This document shows positions 1 through 11,401 of a stretch of DNA of 58,757 nt, piece after piece. This DNA is from Macrostomum lignano. Taxonomy: Eukaryota. Each line of letters begins with the position of its first letter. Position 1 is the stretch's first letter. The position numbers and the translations under genes were made by a program. The stretch spans positions 1 through 58,757 of the forward strand of contig NIVC01004129.1 in NCBI GenBank assembly GCA_002269645.1, written 5' to 3'. The notes beneath the pieces were generated by a model. It did not search any database and had not been told where the DNA came from. It saw nothing but the letters and a program-made list of their open reading frames with translations.

Positions 1-1195
1 GTGTGCAATAGTCTATGACAATGGGTCCATCGCTATGCGGTCCGGATGTGAGTGATGCAAAGAAATAAAATGATTTGTCTGAGACAATTTAGGGACGCAA
101 ATCATCAAAAGCAAACAGGAGTTTCTCTAGTCTAGATGCTGGTTTTGTATCCCAGGTTTTTGTCAAGAAATGATTTCGGAGAGTCAGACTCAGAAGACCG
201 ACCGGCTAGCAAGCAAAGTTACGGAGAAATTTCTGTTGCTCCCACCTCTTTAGTGTATTTTCTCTCTGGAATGCCCGTTTTCAAACACTCAAAACATCAG
301 ACCGTTCTTAGAGGGTGAACTTCCTATCTGTATTTTGCGAGTGTTACGTCCTTTTATTTTAATGGCTGTGTTGTGTCACGACTTTCGTAGTCATTTCTTC
401 AGTTCATCCGCCTCGTCGTCTGTTTACTCCTGTTTTCTCTCCCTTTTTGTCTAGTTCAGTCCTGCCATTCTTATCTCTCTCCCTAGCGGCCTTCTGATTG
501 GCTCTTCAATCTAGGGCTCTTTCCCCAGTCGCCCACCCACCCCTATTTGTTATCAGCACGCGACCCTCCTAATTAAATGTTTATCTGGCCCTGCACTGCA
601 ATGCACTCACTTTAATCAAATCAAAAGTGCATCCAGTGCTTTATTATTTTCTGCACAAATACTCGTAGTTAGTGTGCTATACAGGCTGTACACAGGCCTC
701 AGATGCAAGCCACCTAACTGCCTACCTTGCAAATGTTATACGATGCTCGCCTCCCCTCCTGCGCAAATTTCAGTGGGCCAGCCCATCGCCCCGCTGAAGC
801 AGCTGACAGTAGCTGTAGGCCAAAAGGCGGCGGCATCGGCGGTCGTCCCAGTCAGACTGCAGCAGCCAGTCGGGAGTAGCGAGCTGACGGTCGCTCAGAC
901 CGGTCTGTACCAGCTGGACACTCAGGTCACTTTCGTTGAGCCAAACTACGGTGATAACGTTGGAGTCTACCTGTCAATCAACGGACGCTGCGTTGCTCAA
1001 TGCAACAGGTATTGCGCAATTGACTTACAGCCCGCTTCATCTTCGCAGCTCAGCTGTCCCATATCGATCATTCGGAGGCTGGATGCTGGTTCGAAAATTT
1101 CCATCAAAGCTGACCCGTTGCTGCGGGTGGCAACAAACCCTGCGGAGACCTACTTGAGAGTGTCCAGGCTGCCCCTAAAGACAGTCGAGTTTTAA
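1..1195 (+). CDS. TNF/C1q-fold ligand-like gene, 5'-partial (TNF-like paralog 1)
   Basis: ORF 674-1195 has TNF-homology strands: LTVAQTGLYQLDTQVTF, VYLSINGRCVAQC, SCPISIIRRLDAGSKISI, ETYLRVSRL. Possible exons are <1..47 (donor GTGAGT at 48, phase 1) and 669..1195 (acceptor TAG at 666-668, phase 1), with an optional in-frame 39-nt intron at 735-773. The N-terminus lies outside the window. Confidence 0.6.
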
Positions 1196-1474
1196 TATTA
1201 TTAATAATCATTAACTTGCTTTATCTGCAACTGCTGTTCATTAACTGTTAAATTGCTCTGCTATCTCGGCACTAATGTATTCAATCACATACGTAAATGT
1301 AGGAAACAAAGGATTGCTCAGTTTTAATTTAATTACTTATGTTAAATCATGGTAATACGCTCGTAAATCTAATTCAATATTCATTTTGAGTTATTATGAT
1401 TCTCTGAAGTACATTCAGAGCTAACTGGGTTTTGAATTTCAGGCTGAAAGAGGATTTGAGTGAGAAAGGTGGAA

Positions 1475-2350
1475 TAGAGGGGCACTGAGACAGATGTGAG
1501 AAATTAGGGGGGAGGGATGAGAATGGAGGGTTGAAAAGGAAGGGATGAGAAGGGGAAGGGTTGAGAAGGAGGGGACGAGAAGTGGAGGGGTGAGAAGGGG
1601 GATGAGAAGAGGGGTGAGAAGGGAGGGATGAGAAGAGAGGTATGAGGAGGGAGGGGTCAGAACTAAGGGATGAGAAGGGAGGGGACGAGAAGGGGAGGGG
1701 TGAGAAGGGGGGATGAGAGAGAGGTGTGAGGAGGGAGGGACGAGAAGGGGGAGGGGTGAGAATGGAGGGACGAGAAGGAGGGGACGAGAAGGGGAGGGGT
1801 GAGAAGGGAGGGACGAGAAGGGGGAGGGGTGAGAATGGAGGGACGAGAAGGAGGGGACGAGAAGGGGAGGGGTGAGAAGGGAGGGACGAGAAGGAGGGGA
1901 CGAGAAGGGGAGGGGTGAGAAGGGAGGGACGAGAAGGAGGGGACGAAGGGGGGATGAGAAGAGAGGTGTGAGGAGGGAGGGACGAGAAGGGGAGGGGTGA
2001 GAATGGAGGGACGAGAAGGAGGGGACGAGAAGGGGAGGGGTGAGAAGGGAGGGACGAGAAGGAGGGGACGAAGGGGGGATGAGAAGAGAGGTGTGAGGAG
2101 GGAGGGACGAGAAGGGGGAGGGGTGAGAATGGAGGGACGAGAAGGAGGGGACGAGAAGGGGAGGGGTGAGAAGGGAGGGACGAGAAGGAGGGGACGAGAA
2201 GGGGAGGGGTGAGAAGGGAGGGACGAGAAGGAGGGGACGAGAAGGGGAGGGGTGAGAAGGGAGGGGTGAGAAGAGAGGTGTGAGGAGGGAGGGGTGAGAA
2301 CTAAGGGATGAGAAGGGAGGGGTGACAAGAGGGGCTAAGGATGGGAGGCA
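1475..2350 (+). repeat. Polypurine GA-rich tandem repeat (about 14-16 bp, gagaaggggagggg(t/ac) variants)
   Basis: Directly visible, almost purine-only plus strand, between two convergent genes. Confidence 0.95.
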
Positions 2351-2916
2351 GAGGGAATATAAAGAATTATTCTCCTCAGAATGTTTTCTCTTAAACAACA
2401 AAGAGACGAAGTCGCATGCAGTGGATTTCTGAACTGCCGCAGAAAAGTTCCGTTAACCGTTCTGTGCAGTGCGTTTACTTTTCAATTCTCTTAGTGAGAG
2501 AAATACAAGAAATAAAAAGTATGGAGGGCGATATTTTGTCCGGCCTGTGTTCAGGAATGTTGAGCAGATTGCGCAGGTGTTACAGGTATACAGGTACAGG
2601 CATACAAGTCTTTATTTAACCGGAGCAAAGTATAAAAAATAAAGCATTGTATATCTTTACTCTGTTGTGGGTGTCGGGTTGGGAGCGGTGAGGTACGAGT
2701 TACAAATCCTCTTCAAGTTGTCGGTAGGCTTCAAATAAATTAGGTATAGTGAAAGAAAACTTTAATAATAAGTTAATAAAAACATGTCGTTGGTCAATGT
2801 CGTAATTAAAAAAGTATTAAAATTGTGTTTTTTGTTAAGAAAAATTATCTTAGATAAGCAACTAAAGTACAAATTGAACTAACTGAGGCATATAATATGA
2901 GTACTGTACTTTTGAT

Positions 2917-5900
2917 TCAGGGCATCGAGGCCGTGTCCCGAGTAGCATCCGTGCAGCGCTGAGAAGCAGTTGCTAATGGCGGCGATGCAGAAACCGCTGC
3001 GGCGGCTGCTGCAGCAGCGGTTGATGAAGCCGCTTCGAAAGCTTCAGCTTCATTGCACAGCATTTGAGCAGGAGATCGAGGTGGCGCTTCTTGGCACGGT
3101 TGCTCAACGGCTAGCCCGGCCTCGGGTTGCTCAAAGAAATAGTTTGAGTTGATATTTGACACCACAGTTGTTTCTGTGTTGCTTTTATTCTTGCTTTTAT
3201 CTGACTTCTTCTGGCTGACTTTCTTTGCCTTCGCCGATTTGTCCGGCTTCTCGGGCTGGTAGTAGTCAGGGAAGGTAGCAAACATTTCCACTCGGTTGTC
3301 GTTGACGTAAATCTCCGTGCAGTTCCTCTTGTACAGTTCGCTGACTGGCTCGTAGATGTCCACCTCCTCAGCTTCTGCAGGGAGGGTGGCAGGTTGGGGA
3401 GGGGTAGCGAGGAGATGCGACTGGCGACGAGATTGGCGATGGAGTTAGCGAGGGAGTTAGTGAGGGAGTTAGTGAGAGAGTTAGTGAGGGAGTTAGTGAG
3501 GGAGTTAGTGAGGGAGTTAGTGAGAGAGTTAGTGAGGGAGTTAGTGAGAGAGTTAGTGAGGGAGTTAGTGAGAGAGTTAGTGAGGGAGTTAGTGAGGGAG
3601 TTAGTGAGAGAGTTAGTGAGGGAGTTAGTGAGGGAGTTAGTGAGGGAGTTAGTGAGAGTTAGTGAGGGAGTTAGTGAGGGAGTTAGTGAGAGAGTTAGTG
3701 AGGGAGTTAGTGAGGGAGTTAGTGAGGGAGTTAGTGAGGGAGTTAGTGAGGGAGTTAGTGAGGGAGTTAGTGAGGGAGTTAGTGAGAGAGTTAGTGAGGG
3801 AGTTAGTGAGGGAGTTAGTGAGGGAGTTAGTGAGGGAGTTAGTGAGGGAGTTAGTGAGGGAGTTAGTGAGGGAGTTAGTGAGGGAGTTAGTGAGGGAGTT
3901 AGTGAGGGAGTTAGTGAGGGAGTTTGCGAGGGAGTTAGTGAGGGAGTTAGTGAGGGAGTTAGTGAGAGAGTTAGTGAGGGAGTTAGTGAGGGAGTTAGTG
4001 AGGGAGTTAGTGAGGGAGTTAGTGAGGGAGTTAGTGAGGGAGTTAGTGAGGGAGTTAGTGAGAGAGTTAGTGAGGGAGTTAGTGAGAGAGTTAGTGAGAG
4101 AGTTAGTGAGGGAGTTAGTGAGGGAGTTAGTGAGAGAGTTAGTGAGTGAGTTAGTGAGGGAGTTAGTGAGGGAGTTAGTGAGGGAGTTAGTGAGGAGTTA
4201 GTGAGAGAGTTAGTGAGGGAGTTAGTGAGGGAGTTAGTGGGGAGATTTATAAGCGAGGGTTTAGCGAGTGACTTTTAGCAGGTAGGGGAAATTATTTTAG
4301 TGAAAATCTACATAGAAATATTCTAAGCCACAAAAAGTTGCATGAGCAGAGCTAGAGAGCTAGACCAGAAACAAAGAGTTAAAAAAGCAACTCCGTGTCT
4401 CACCGTTAGGCACGCCCAGAATCTTGGCCTTGCCAGCGCGTTTGTCGCCGTTGAAGCAGCCGACTGTGTAGCAGAAATCCGCTCGCCGCTCCAGGCCGAG
4501 CCTGGCGAACACGGGCTCGATGATGTCCCTCACGGTGCCGGTGGGCTTCACGAACACCACCATGTTGCTGGACCAGATGTCTTGGAAGGCAAACTTGTAC
4601 TTGTCGTTTGCCTGCGAGACATTGTCGGGGGGCGGGGGTTACTTTTGGGTTTCCAGGACCAGGCTGCTGATCCCACATGATTGACAAGCTCCTCGATACC
4701 TGACAAGATCCTCGATACCTGACAAGATCCTCGATACCTGACAAGATCCTCGATACCTGACAAGATCCTCGATACCTGACAAGATCCTCGATACCTGACA
4801 AGATCCTCGATACCTGACAAGATCCTCGATACCTGACAAGATCCTCGATACCTGACAAGATCCTCGATACCTGACAAGATCCTCGATACCTGACAAGATC
4901 CTCGATACCTGACAAGATCCTCGATACCTGACAAGATCCTCGATACCTGACAAGATCCTCGATACCTGACAAGATCCTCGATACCTGACAAGATCCTCGA
5001 TACCTGACAAGATCCTCGATACCTGACAAGATCCTCGATACCTGACAAGATCCTCGATACCTGACAAGATCCTCGATACCTGACAAGATCCTCGATACCT
5101 GACAAGATCCTCGATACCTGACAAGATCCTCGATACCTGACAAGATCCTCGATACCTGACAAGATCCTCGATACCTGACAAGATCCTCGATACCTGACAA
5201 GATCCTCGATACCTGACAAGATCCTCGATACCTGACAAGATCCTCGATACCTGACAAGATCCTCGATACCTGACAAGATTCTCGATACCTGACAAGATCC
5301 TCGATACCTGACAAGATCTCGATACCTGACAAGATCCTCGATACCTGACAAGATCCTCGATACCTGACAAGATTCTCGATACCTGACAAGATCCTCGATA
5401 CCTGACAAGATCCTCGATACCTGACAAGATCCTCGATACCTGACAAGATCCTCGATACCTGACAAGATCCTCGATACCTGACAAGATCCTCGATACCTGA
5501 CAAGATCCTCGATACCTGACAAGATCCTCGATACCTGACAAGCTCTTCGATGCCTGAGAAGATATTCGATACGGTGAGAAGATACTCAATGATTGACAAG
5601 ATCTTCGATGACTGACAAGATTCTTAAAGACTGAAAAGATTAACGATGATTGACGAGATACTTGATGACTGACACAAAATCCCCAATCTCTGACACAAGA
5701 TCCCCAATCACTAAAACATGATCCATAAAGACTGAGACGGTCTGAAGCCCACCGCAGATTAACCAACCAGCTTACCTTTGGCATCGTGCCAAGAGCCTTA
5801 CCGGCGGCCAATTTCTTCATCTTCTTCCTGTACGCCAGGTAATCTTTCCACCGCTTCTCGGAGTTGTTCTTCTTGAACCGCACGGAGAAGCGGATGAGAT

Positions 5901-6373
5901 CCGGGTAGACTGGCACCGGTTCCGCGCCCTTCTTGCCCTTCTTTTTAACTGCTGCGGCCAGGTAGTCCGCTATCTGCTTCTGCCGCTTCACCTGATCGTT
6001 ATAGGAGATGCCGTAGTCGACATTGCGCCACCTGTCAATCAAACGCTGAGTCGGATGCTCGTGCGCTTTGATCAGCAAGAAATTGGTCTCAATGCTGTTT
6101 TTGTCAACCTCCTTGAGAGCCATGTTGAGCAGTTTTCGCATGCGCCTGGCGTAGGCAAACGTTTTCTCGTAATCGTCAATCATGCAGCGATCTGAAGGAG
6201 AGTTTACTGAGCTTTTTAATGAAAGAAGTTTTAGGACACCAGCAGCCTCCATCATCACCTTGCTCCTCGATTATTTCCGGTTCCTCAATGTATTCGGTGG
6301 ACACTTTGCCCTCCTCGATAAGTTTGGAGGTGTCGATGATCTCCGTGGGGCGGGACATGGAGTTCTTCACCAT
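2917..6373 (-). CDS. Uncharacterised 398-aa protein, possible RBD/ubiquitin-like domain; 4 exons
   Basis: Exons 6373-6259, 6191-5776, 4611-4404 and 3374-2917. All introns are GT-AG with matching phases (1,0,1); total 1197 nt, open. The segment [22 protein letters not shown]...[21 protein letters not shown] resembles Raf-type RBD patterns, which is weak evidence. Confidence 0.75.
3435..4240 (+). repeat. 12-bp minisatellite (gagttagtgagg)n in intron
   Basis: About 65 copies filling intron 3375-4403. Confidence 0.97.
4682..5730 (+). repeat. 19-bp minisatellite (cctcgatacctgacaagat)n in intron
   Basis: About 45 near-perfect copies to about 5560, then degenerate copies to about 5730; lies in intron 4612-5775. 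Confidence 0.97.
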
Positions 6374-6431
6374 GGCGTCGCGCCTGGGAGGCAGCGGTTG
6401 AGTTTGCAGTGAGATCGGGTCAGATTTAGTT

Positions 6432-6756
6432 TGATTTAATATAATAATGATAACAATAATAATTGATTACACTTGGCCCAATTAGGCCAGATTGCAACCG
6501 ACAGCTCAGCCGCAGCTATTGCGCGGCGCATCTGAAGGCTGCGTACGGCTGTTCAGTCCAAGGACTGGGGGGTCGCCACACACCCTCAATTACCCCAGCT
6601 AATGCTGGCACCCATTTTACAGCTGGGTGAACTGAAGCAATGCAGAGTTAAGTGTCTTCCTCAAGAACAAAACTGTTACAGTGGGATCGGGAATCGAACC
6701 CCCGACCTTCAAGTCGTGAGTCCGACGCTCTAACCACTAGGCTGCAACCCACAGTT
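6432..6756 (-). mobile_element. tRNA-derived SINE with CORE-like central domain
   Basis: Minus strand shows A-box TAGTGGTTAG, B-box GGTTCGATTCC, then gaggaagacacttaactc...ctgtaaaatggg (CORE/MIR-like) and a TAT/TGT-rich tail. A 10-bp flanking direct repeat agatttagtt occurs at 6422-6431 and 6757-6766. Confidence 0.8.
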
Positions 6757-6830
6757 AGATTTAGTTATAGTGGAGTTAGACTTAGAAGCATTCAGTCAGC
6801 TCACTGATGAAGATGAGGTGAGATAGGAGA

Positions 6831-8416
6831 TCAAATTGAGGAGGAGGTTGAGAGGCGGATGAGGAGTCCGGCCATCAAGAGAGCTGAGAAAGCAGACAGA
6901 CAGGCATATGCGATGGCAACAGTTGAAAAAATGACATGTAATTTAGTAACAATCTTACCTTTTGCAACTGAGCTAGTATTTTCCAAACCTGAAAAAGATA
7001 ATTAGCAATAATTGTAAATGATTAATTCTGCTGATCCAGTATTGCTATAACTCACTCCACACAGTCAGGCGAACTCACTAGTTCGGTCTGACAGGTCCGA
7101 CACGACCTCGTAATCGGCTGACGCGCTGTTGCTTGAAGGCAGCGCGGGTCCGCTGGCGCCGCCACCCACTGCAGCCCGTCTGGCCTCTCGCTTGCTGTTG
7201 TTGGTCTGCAAGTCCAGCCGAGTCCTCGCGCTCGACCAGCCGGACGACGGCTCGAAAGTCGACATAGTCAACGTAGACGTACCTTCGACGAAATCCATGG
7301 GCGATTGAAACGTGGGCTCGTCTTGATTTTCGGAAATTTTATCAGCCTCTCTGGCCATCGGCTCGTTCATCCACAGGCCAGAGAGGCCCGTGTACTTTGA
7401 TGTTGCCGCCTTTGGCGGCGCGGCGGCGCTGCTGTTTGATGTGGCGGTGGGGGGGGGCTTCGGGTCAGACTGAAATTATAGTAATTATCTCTAGAACTAG
7501 AACCGGTATGAAGTTTGTAATTTAGTTTTACTAGATTGAAAAACTAATAAATACATAGTGTGGTGTCTTAATTTATAGGCCTCACCTTCCTGTCCTCTGG
7601 GTCCTCCACTATGCCTCACCTTCCTGTCCTTTGGGTCCTCCACTATGCCTCACCTTCCTGTCCTCTGGGTCCTTCACTATGCCTCACCTTCCTGTCCTCT
7701 GGGTCCTCCACAATGCCTCACCTTCCTGTCCTCTGGGTCCTCCACAATGCCTCACCTTCCTGTCCTCTGGGTCCTCCACAATGCCTCACCTTCCTGTCCT
7801 TTGGGTTCTCCACTATGCCTCACCTTCCTGTCCTTTGGGTCCTCCACTATGCCTCACCTTCCTGTCCTCTGGGTCCTCCACTATGCCTCACCTTTCTGTC
7901 CTTTGGGTCCTCCACTATGCCTCACCTTCCTGTCCTCTGGGTCCTCCACAATGCCTCACCTTCCTGTCCTATGGGTCCTCCGCTATGCCTTTCATTTAAG
8001 GCACATATTCTTGTCCTCTGGGTCTCGGCTCTGTCCTAACATGGTACTCAGCCAAGCCTCTGAGCTCTCCCAACTGACTGACTCACCTAAGAGCAGGCGG
8101 TCTGGCCGCAGCCGAAGAACCCAGCCGATCGCAGTTGCGCCTTTTCAGCATGATCCGAGTCAGAGCTGGCGCAGAATTCGGTTCAGAAATCAAAGCGGCG
8201 ACTTGTGCTAGCTGTCGGTTATTACGAGTGCTGAAGCCGTCTTCTTGGTCGCGTTGGAGCATGAACTAGTTGGCAAAGTGGCCTTGTTGCTGGGCGATTA
8301 CAATTCCAGGCACGAACTGCGCGGCAAGGTGTTTGAGCTCAGTAACTTGCTCAGGCGAGCCGCACAGCGGCGGAGACCCCAGCACAGGATTTTTAATGGC
8401 CAGCACTGGCCATAGA
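6831..8416 (-). pseudogene. Possible degenerate or mis-assembled gene, Ser/Thr/Ala-rich with hydrophobic C-terminus
   Basis: Exons 7469-7079, 6988-6959 and 6883-6831 splice in consistent phases and end ...SSVAKALLMAGLLIRLSTSSSI*. Upstream exon 8416-8087 (donor GTGAGT) has one in-frame TAG at 8266-8268 and joins only if the G9 run at 7449-7457 is really G10. Confidence 0.3.
7578..7990 (+). repeat. 34-bp minisatellite (cctcaccttcctgtcctctgggtcctccactatg)n
   Basis: About 12 copies directly visible. Confidence 0.95.
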
Positions 8417-8577
8417 CTATGGGGTTTTATTTCAGAGTAAGGTGATTCTCGCGCTATTTACTAAAGTGCATTTTGATCAACAGTCCCCAGACTTTCAGAA
8501 AAATGCTGCATGCATTTACAAATAATTGCCTGAATCAGGAAATATAGTCTTGCTAGTGTACTCACAGTGGATGTAAT

Positions 8578-9100
8578 GAGCAGAATGGACTGCTAATCTA
8601 GTCTAAATCAGTAAGGAATAGAATGGATTGCTAATCTAGTCTAAATCAGTGAAGGAATAGAATGGACTGCTAATCTAGTCTAAATCAGTAAGGAATAGAA
8701 TGGACTGCTAATCTAGCCTACATTAGTGATGAATGAATAGAATGGATTGCTAATCTAGCCTACATTAGTGATGAATGAATAGAATGGATTGCTAATCTAG
8801 CCTACATCAATAAATGAGGGAATAGAATGGATTGCTAATCTAGCCTACATCAGTGAAGGAATAGAATGGATTGCTAATCTAGCCTAAATCAGTGAAGGAA
8901 TAGAATGGACTGCTAATCTAGCCTACATCAGGGAAGGAATAGAATGGACTGCTAATCTAGCCTACATCAGGGAAGGAATAGAATGGACTGCTAATCTAGC
9001 TTACATTAATAATGAAGGAATAGAATGGACTGCTAATCTAGCTTACATCAATACAAAATACAATGGCTTAAAGCAATACAATGGACTGCTAATCTAGCCA
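8578..9100 (+). repeat. About 39-bp minisatellite (gaatagaatggactgctaatctagcctacatcagtgaag)n
   Basis: About 13 variant copies. Confidence 0.93.
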
Positions 9101-10506
9101 ACACGGGTGCAATGAGTAGAATATGGCCAAATATGGCAAGGCGGAAACGCGCAGGCAGCGGATTTCCTAATCCTGGAGTGCGCACTGTATCGAACAGTAT
9201 TTGCGCAGGCCGCGGTGCCCCGCATGGAAACAGCGCAAATGAGTAAAAATAGCTCCTGTTTACATCCCTCATTCCACCCCCGTACGCTCGTATGCGATTG
9301 GTATTTCCGGCCGGCATCCGCGACTTGCACTTTGGCACTGGAAATGCCGGTGTTACACTTTAGACTATCCGGAGTTTTTTGTCTGGCCCGGATCTCCGAA
9401 CGCACTTACGATATCCGCCCGGATACTGCCATGCAAGCAAAAAACCTGCTTTGTTTTCTCCTTTCCGGATATCTTGAGCTGCTTTGCATTGTCTGGGCAC
9501 TTTGAGATAGATGTCTCTCCCGGGCTTAGATTCTTTAGATTTTTAGACTGCATCTTATCTGCCCCTCCCAAGCACTCTGAGTCAGTCCCATTCATCGCTT
9601 AATGGTGTGTCCTTCTGCCCCACGCATTCACATGCGCCTTATCTTGTAAATAGTTTGACCAACTTGCCACCGCAATCTTTATTCACCGCGGACAATTCAA
9701 GACCCAGGACATTTCAAAGCCCAATTGTGTTGTGCCTTGGATTATCCAGGGTAGGTTATCGCAAAGCGACAATAATTTTGCTTTGCGATGTCCCCCGGAC
9801 AAATTAAGACCCCGGTGAACAGTAAAGCCTAACACCGGGTGAAATGCTGCGATCCCAGCAGCCAATCAGATTCGTTTCAGGCAAAACAGGGAGGAGACAG
9901 CAGAGGGAAGTTCCCAACTTTGGAAAGGATCTAGGAAATAGGATATTCTGCGCTTTGAAGCCGATCAGATAATTAATTATCTCCTACTAAGCCATTATAT
10001 TCAGTGACTCAATGACTGTTCTGTTCTGCCAGAGCACGCGGGCGCTATGGCAGAATACGGATCTTTATCAATTTATTATTATTTTCAAGACGGACAAAGC
10101 ACCCTCCCCCCCAGCCAACGAAATAGTTAAAACTACGAGTAGAATGCTCAGTGCCCTAACGCAATTCTATGTCTTACTGTTTGTTGGAAAGAAATTGAGA
10201 TGCGCTCTGCAATCGTACCTCGGGCTGGGGGTGGGGGGTTGCACAGGTATTGCAGAGCTTGCAGGATCTGAAAAATAGCGAGTGAGAATTTTTGTTAGCC
10301 AACAAGTACGCAATATTCTATTTTTAGAACGGAAAAAACACGCGGGATTCCCAGGGTCTACTCAGTGTATATTGGCCGGCTGAAGTTCCCTATTTTATTT
10401 GTCTCTATAAAAGAAGCTCAGGCGACCATTAGTTTGTGCCAAGGAGAGTAATTTGCTTTGCAGAGTCAAGTCATCAGGTGAGAATTTCAATAACGATTAG
10501 CAAAAA

Positions 10507-11401
10507 ATGGCAAAGCAGGGAAGGCACAACCTTGTCCTGGTGCTGGTTGCACTGTTGAGTCTGGGAGCCATCTGCTTCTCTGTGGTCGTCCTCATCAATT
10601 TGAAGCTGCACGAGGGCAGTCTGGAGCATGTGAGCTGCTGGGATCTCTGTCCGATAGTGCACTATATTGAGTCCTATTAACAATTACTCGAATTTTGTTG
10701 CAGAAAAGCATCCACTTGGTAATTGACAAGAAGCAGCTGCATCGTTGCCCGACGCCCAAGAAAAATCTTGTCCCATGCGAGGCTGGGCCCAACGAGTTTA
10801 AAACTAAAGGTGAGAGTTCGTAAATAATTCTTCACCGACAGTAGAAATCATAGTTTTTATTTGTTAACAATGCCGCTCTTCAGAAGGAAACCTGGGCCCG
10901 TTGAGGTGCCTGGACGACTATTACGACCAGGAAGGCGGCGTGAACACCTGCGAGACTGCCAGCGATACGTTCCACCTGAACGGCGAGAGCAACGCGGTTG
11001 TGGTGCAGAAGCCAGGGATTTATCGAATCTATGGACAGGTGAGGATGTTGCCCAGGAGTTTGGGGAGCATGCTGTCAAGATCCCACCGCTCTGTCATCCA
11101 CACTAATCAGGAATCTGTTATCACCATCTTGCAGGTGTCATTCAAAGACAGAAGCGACTCCGCGGTTGTTGTGGTGCTGCGGATCAACAATTACAACTTT
11201 GTGCAGTGCCACCAGCAGAACAGGCAGCCGGCCAGCAGGGACGGCCGACAGGCCAATGCGCCATATACTACTTGCACCGTGAGCGGCGAGCGACGGCTGA
11301 GGGAGGGCGACCGGGTCGGGTTGTTCATTCCCGAGAGCCTGCGCACGGTCAACTGCTACCACAAGACCACCTTCTGGGGCATGGTGCGAATGGCGGACTG
11401 A
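10507..11401 (+). CDS. Type II membrane TNF-superfamily ligand (eiger-like), 216 aa, 4 exons
   Basis: Exons 10507-10629, 10704-10809, 10884-11038 and 11135-11401 (GT-AG, phases 0,1,0; 651 nt). N-terminal TM LVLVLVALLSLGAICFSVVVLI, then KSIHLV, VVVQKPGIYRIYGQVSF, TCTVSGERRLREGDRVGL and TFWGMVRM, which are classic TNF-homology-domain strands. Confidence 0.88.

Noticed and set aside
1439-2401. Pro/Ser/Leu-rich 320-aa and 221-aa ORFs
   Set aside because: They are translations of the GA-rich tandem repeat; a pyrimidine-only strand cannot form stop codons.
3435-4240. Interstitial telomeric repeat
   Set aside because: The unit contains TTAG but is a 12-mer, not (TTAGGG)n or (TTAGG)n.
3394-6258. 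Long repetitive ORFs (RELV/SEGV; [19 protein letters not shown])
   Set aside because: Read-through of 12- and 19-bp arrays that lie inside GT-AG introns of the 2917-6373 gene.
6683-6750. tRNA gene
   Set aside because: The acceptor stem is broken and the sequence continues into a CORE-like block and tail with a TSD; it is a SINE head.
9130-9870. GC-richer unique segment, possible transposon remnant or exon
   Set aside because: No TIR pair, TSD or recognisable protein motif could be established by eye.
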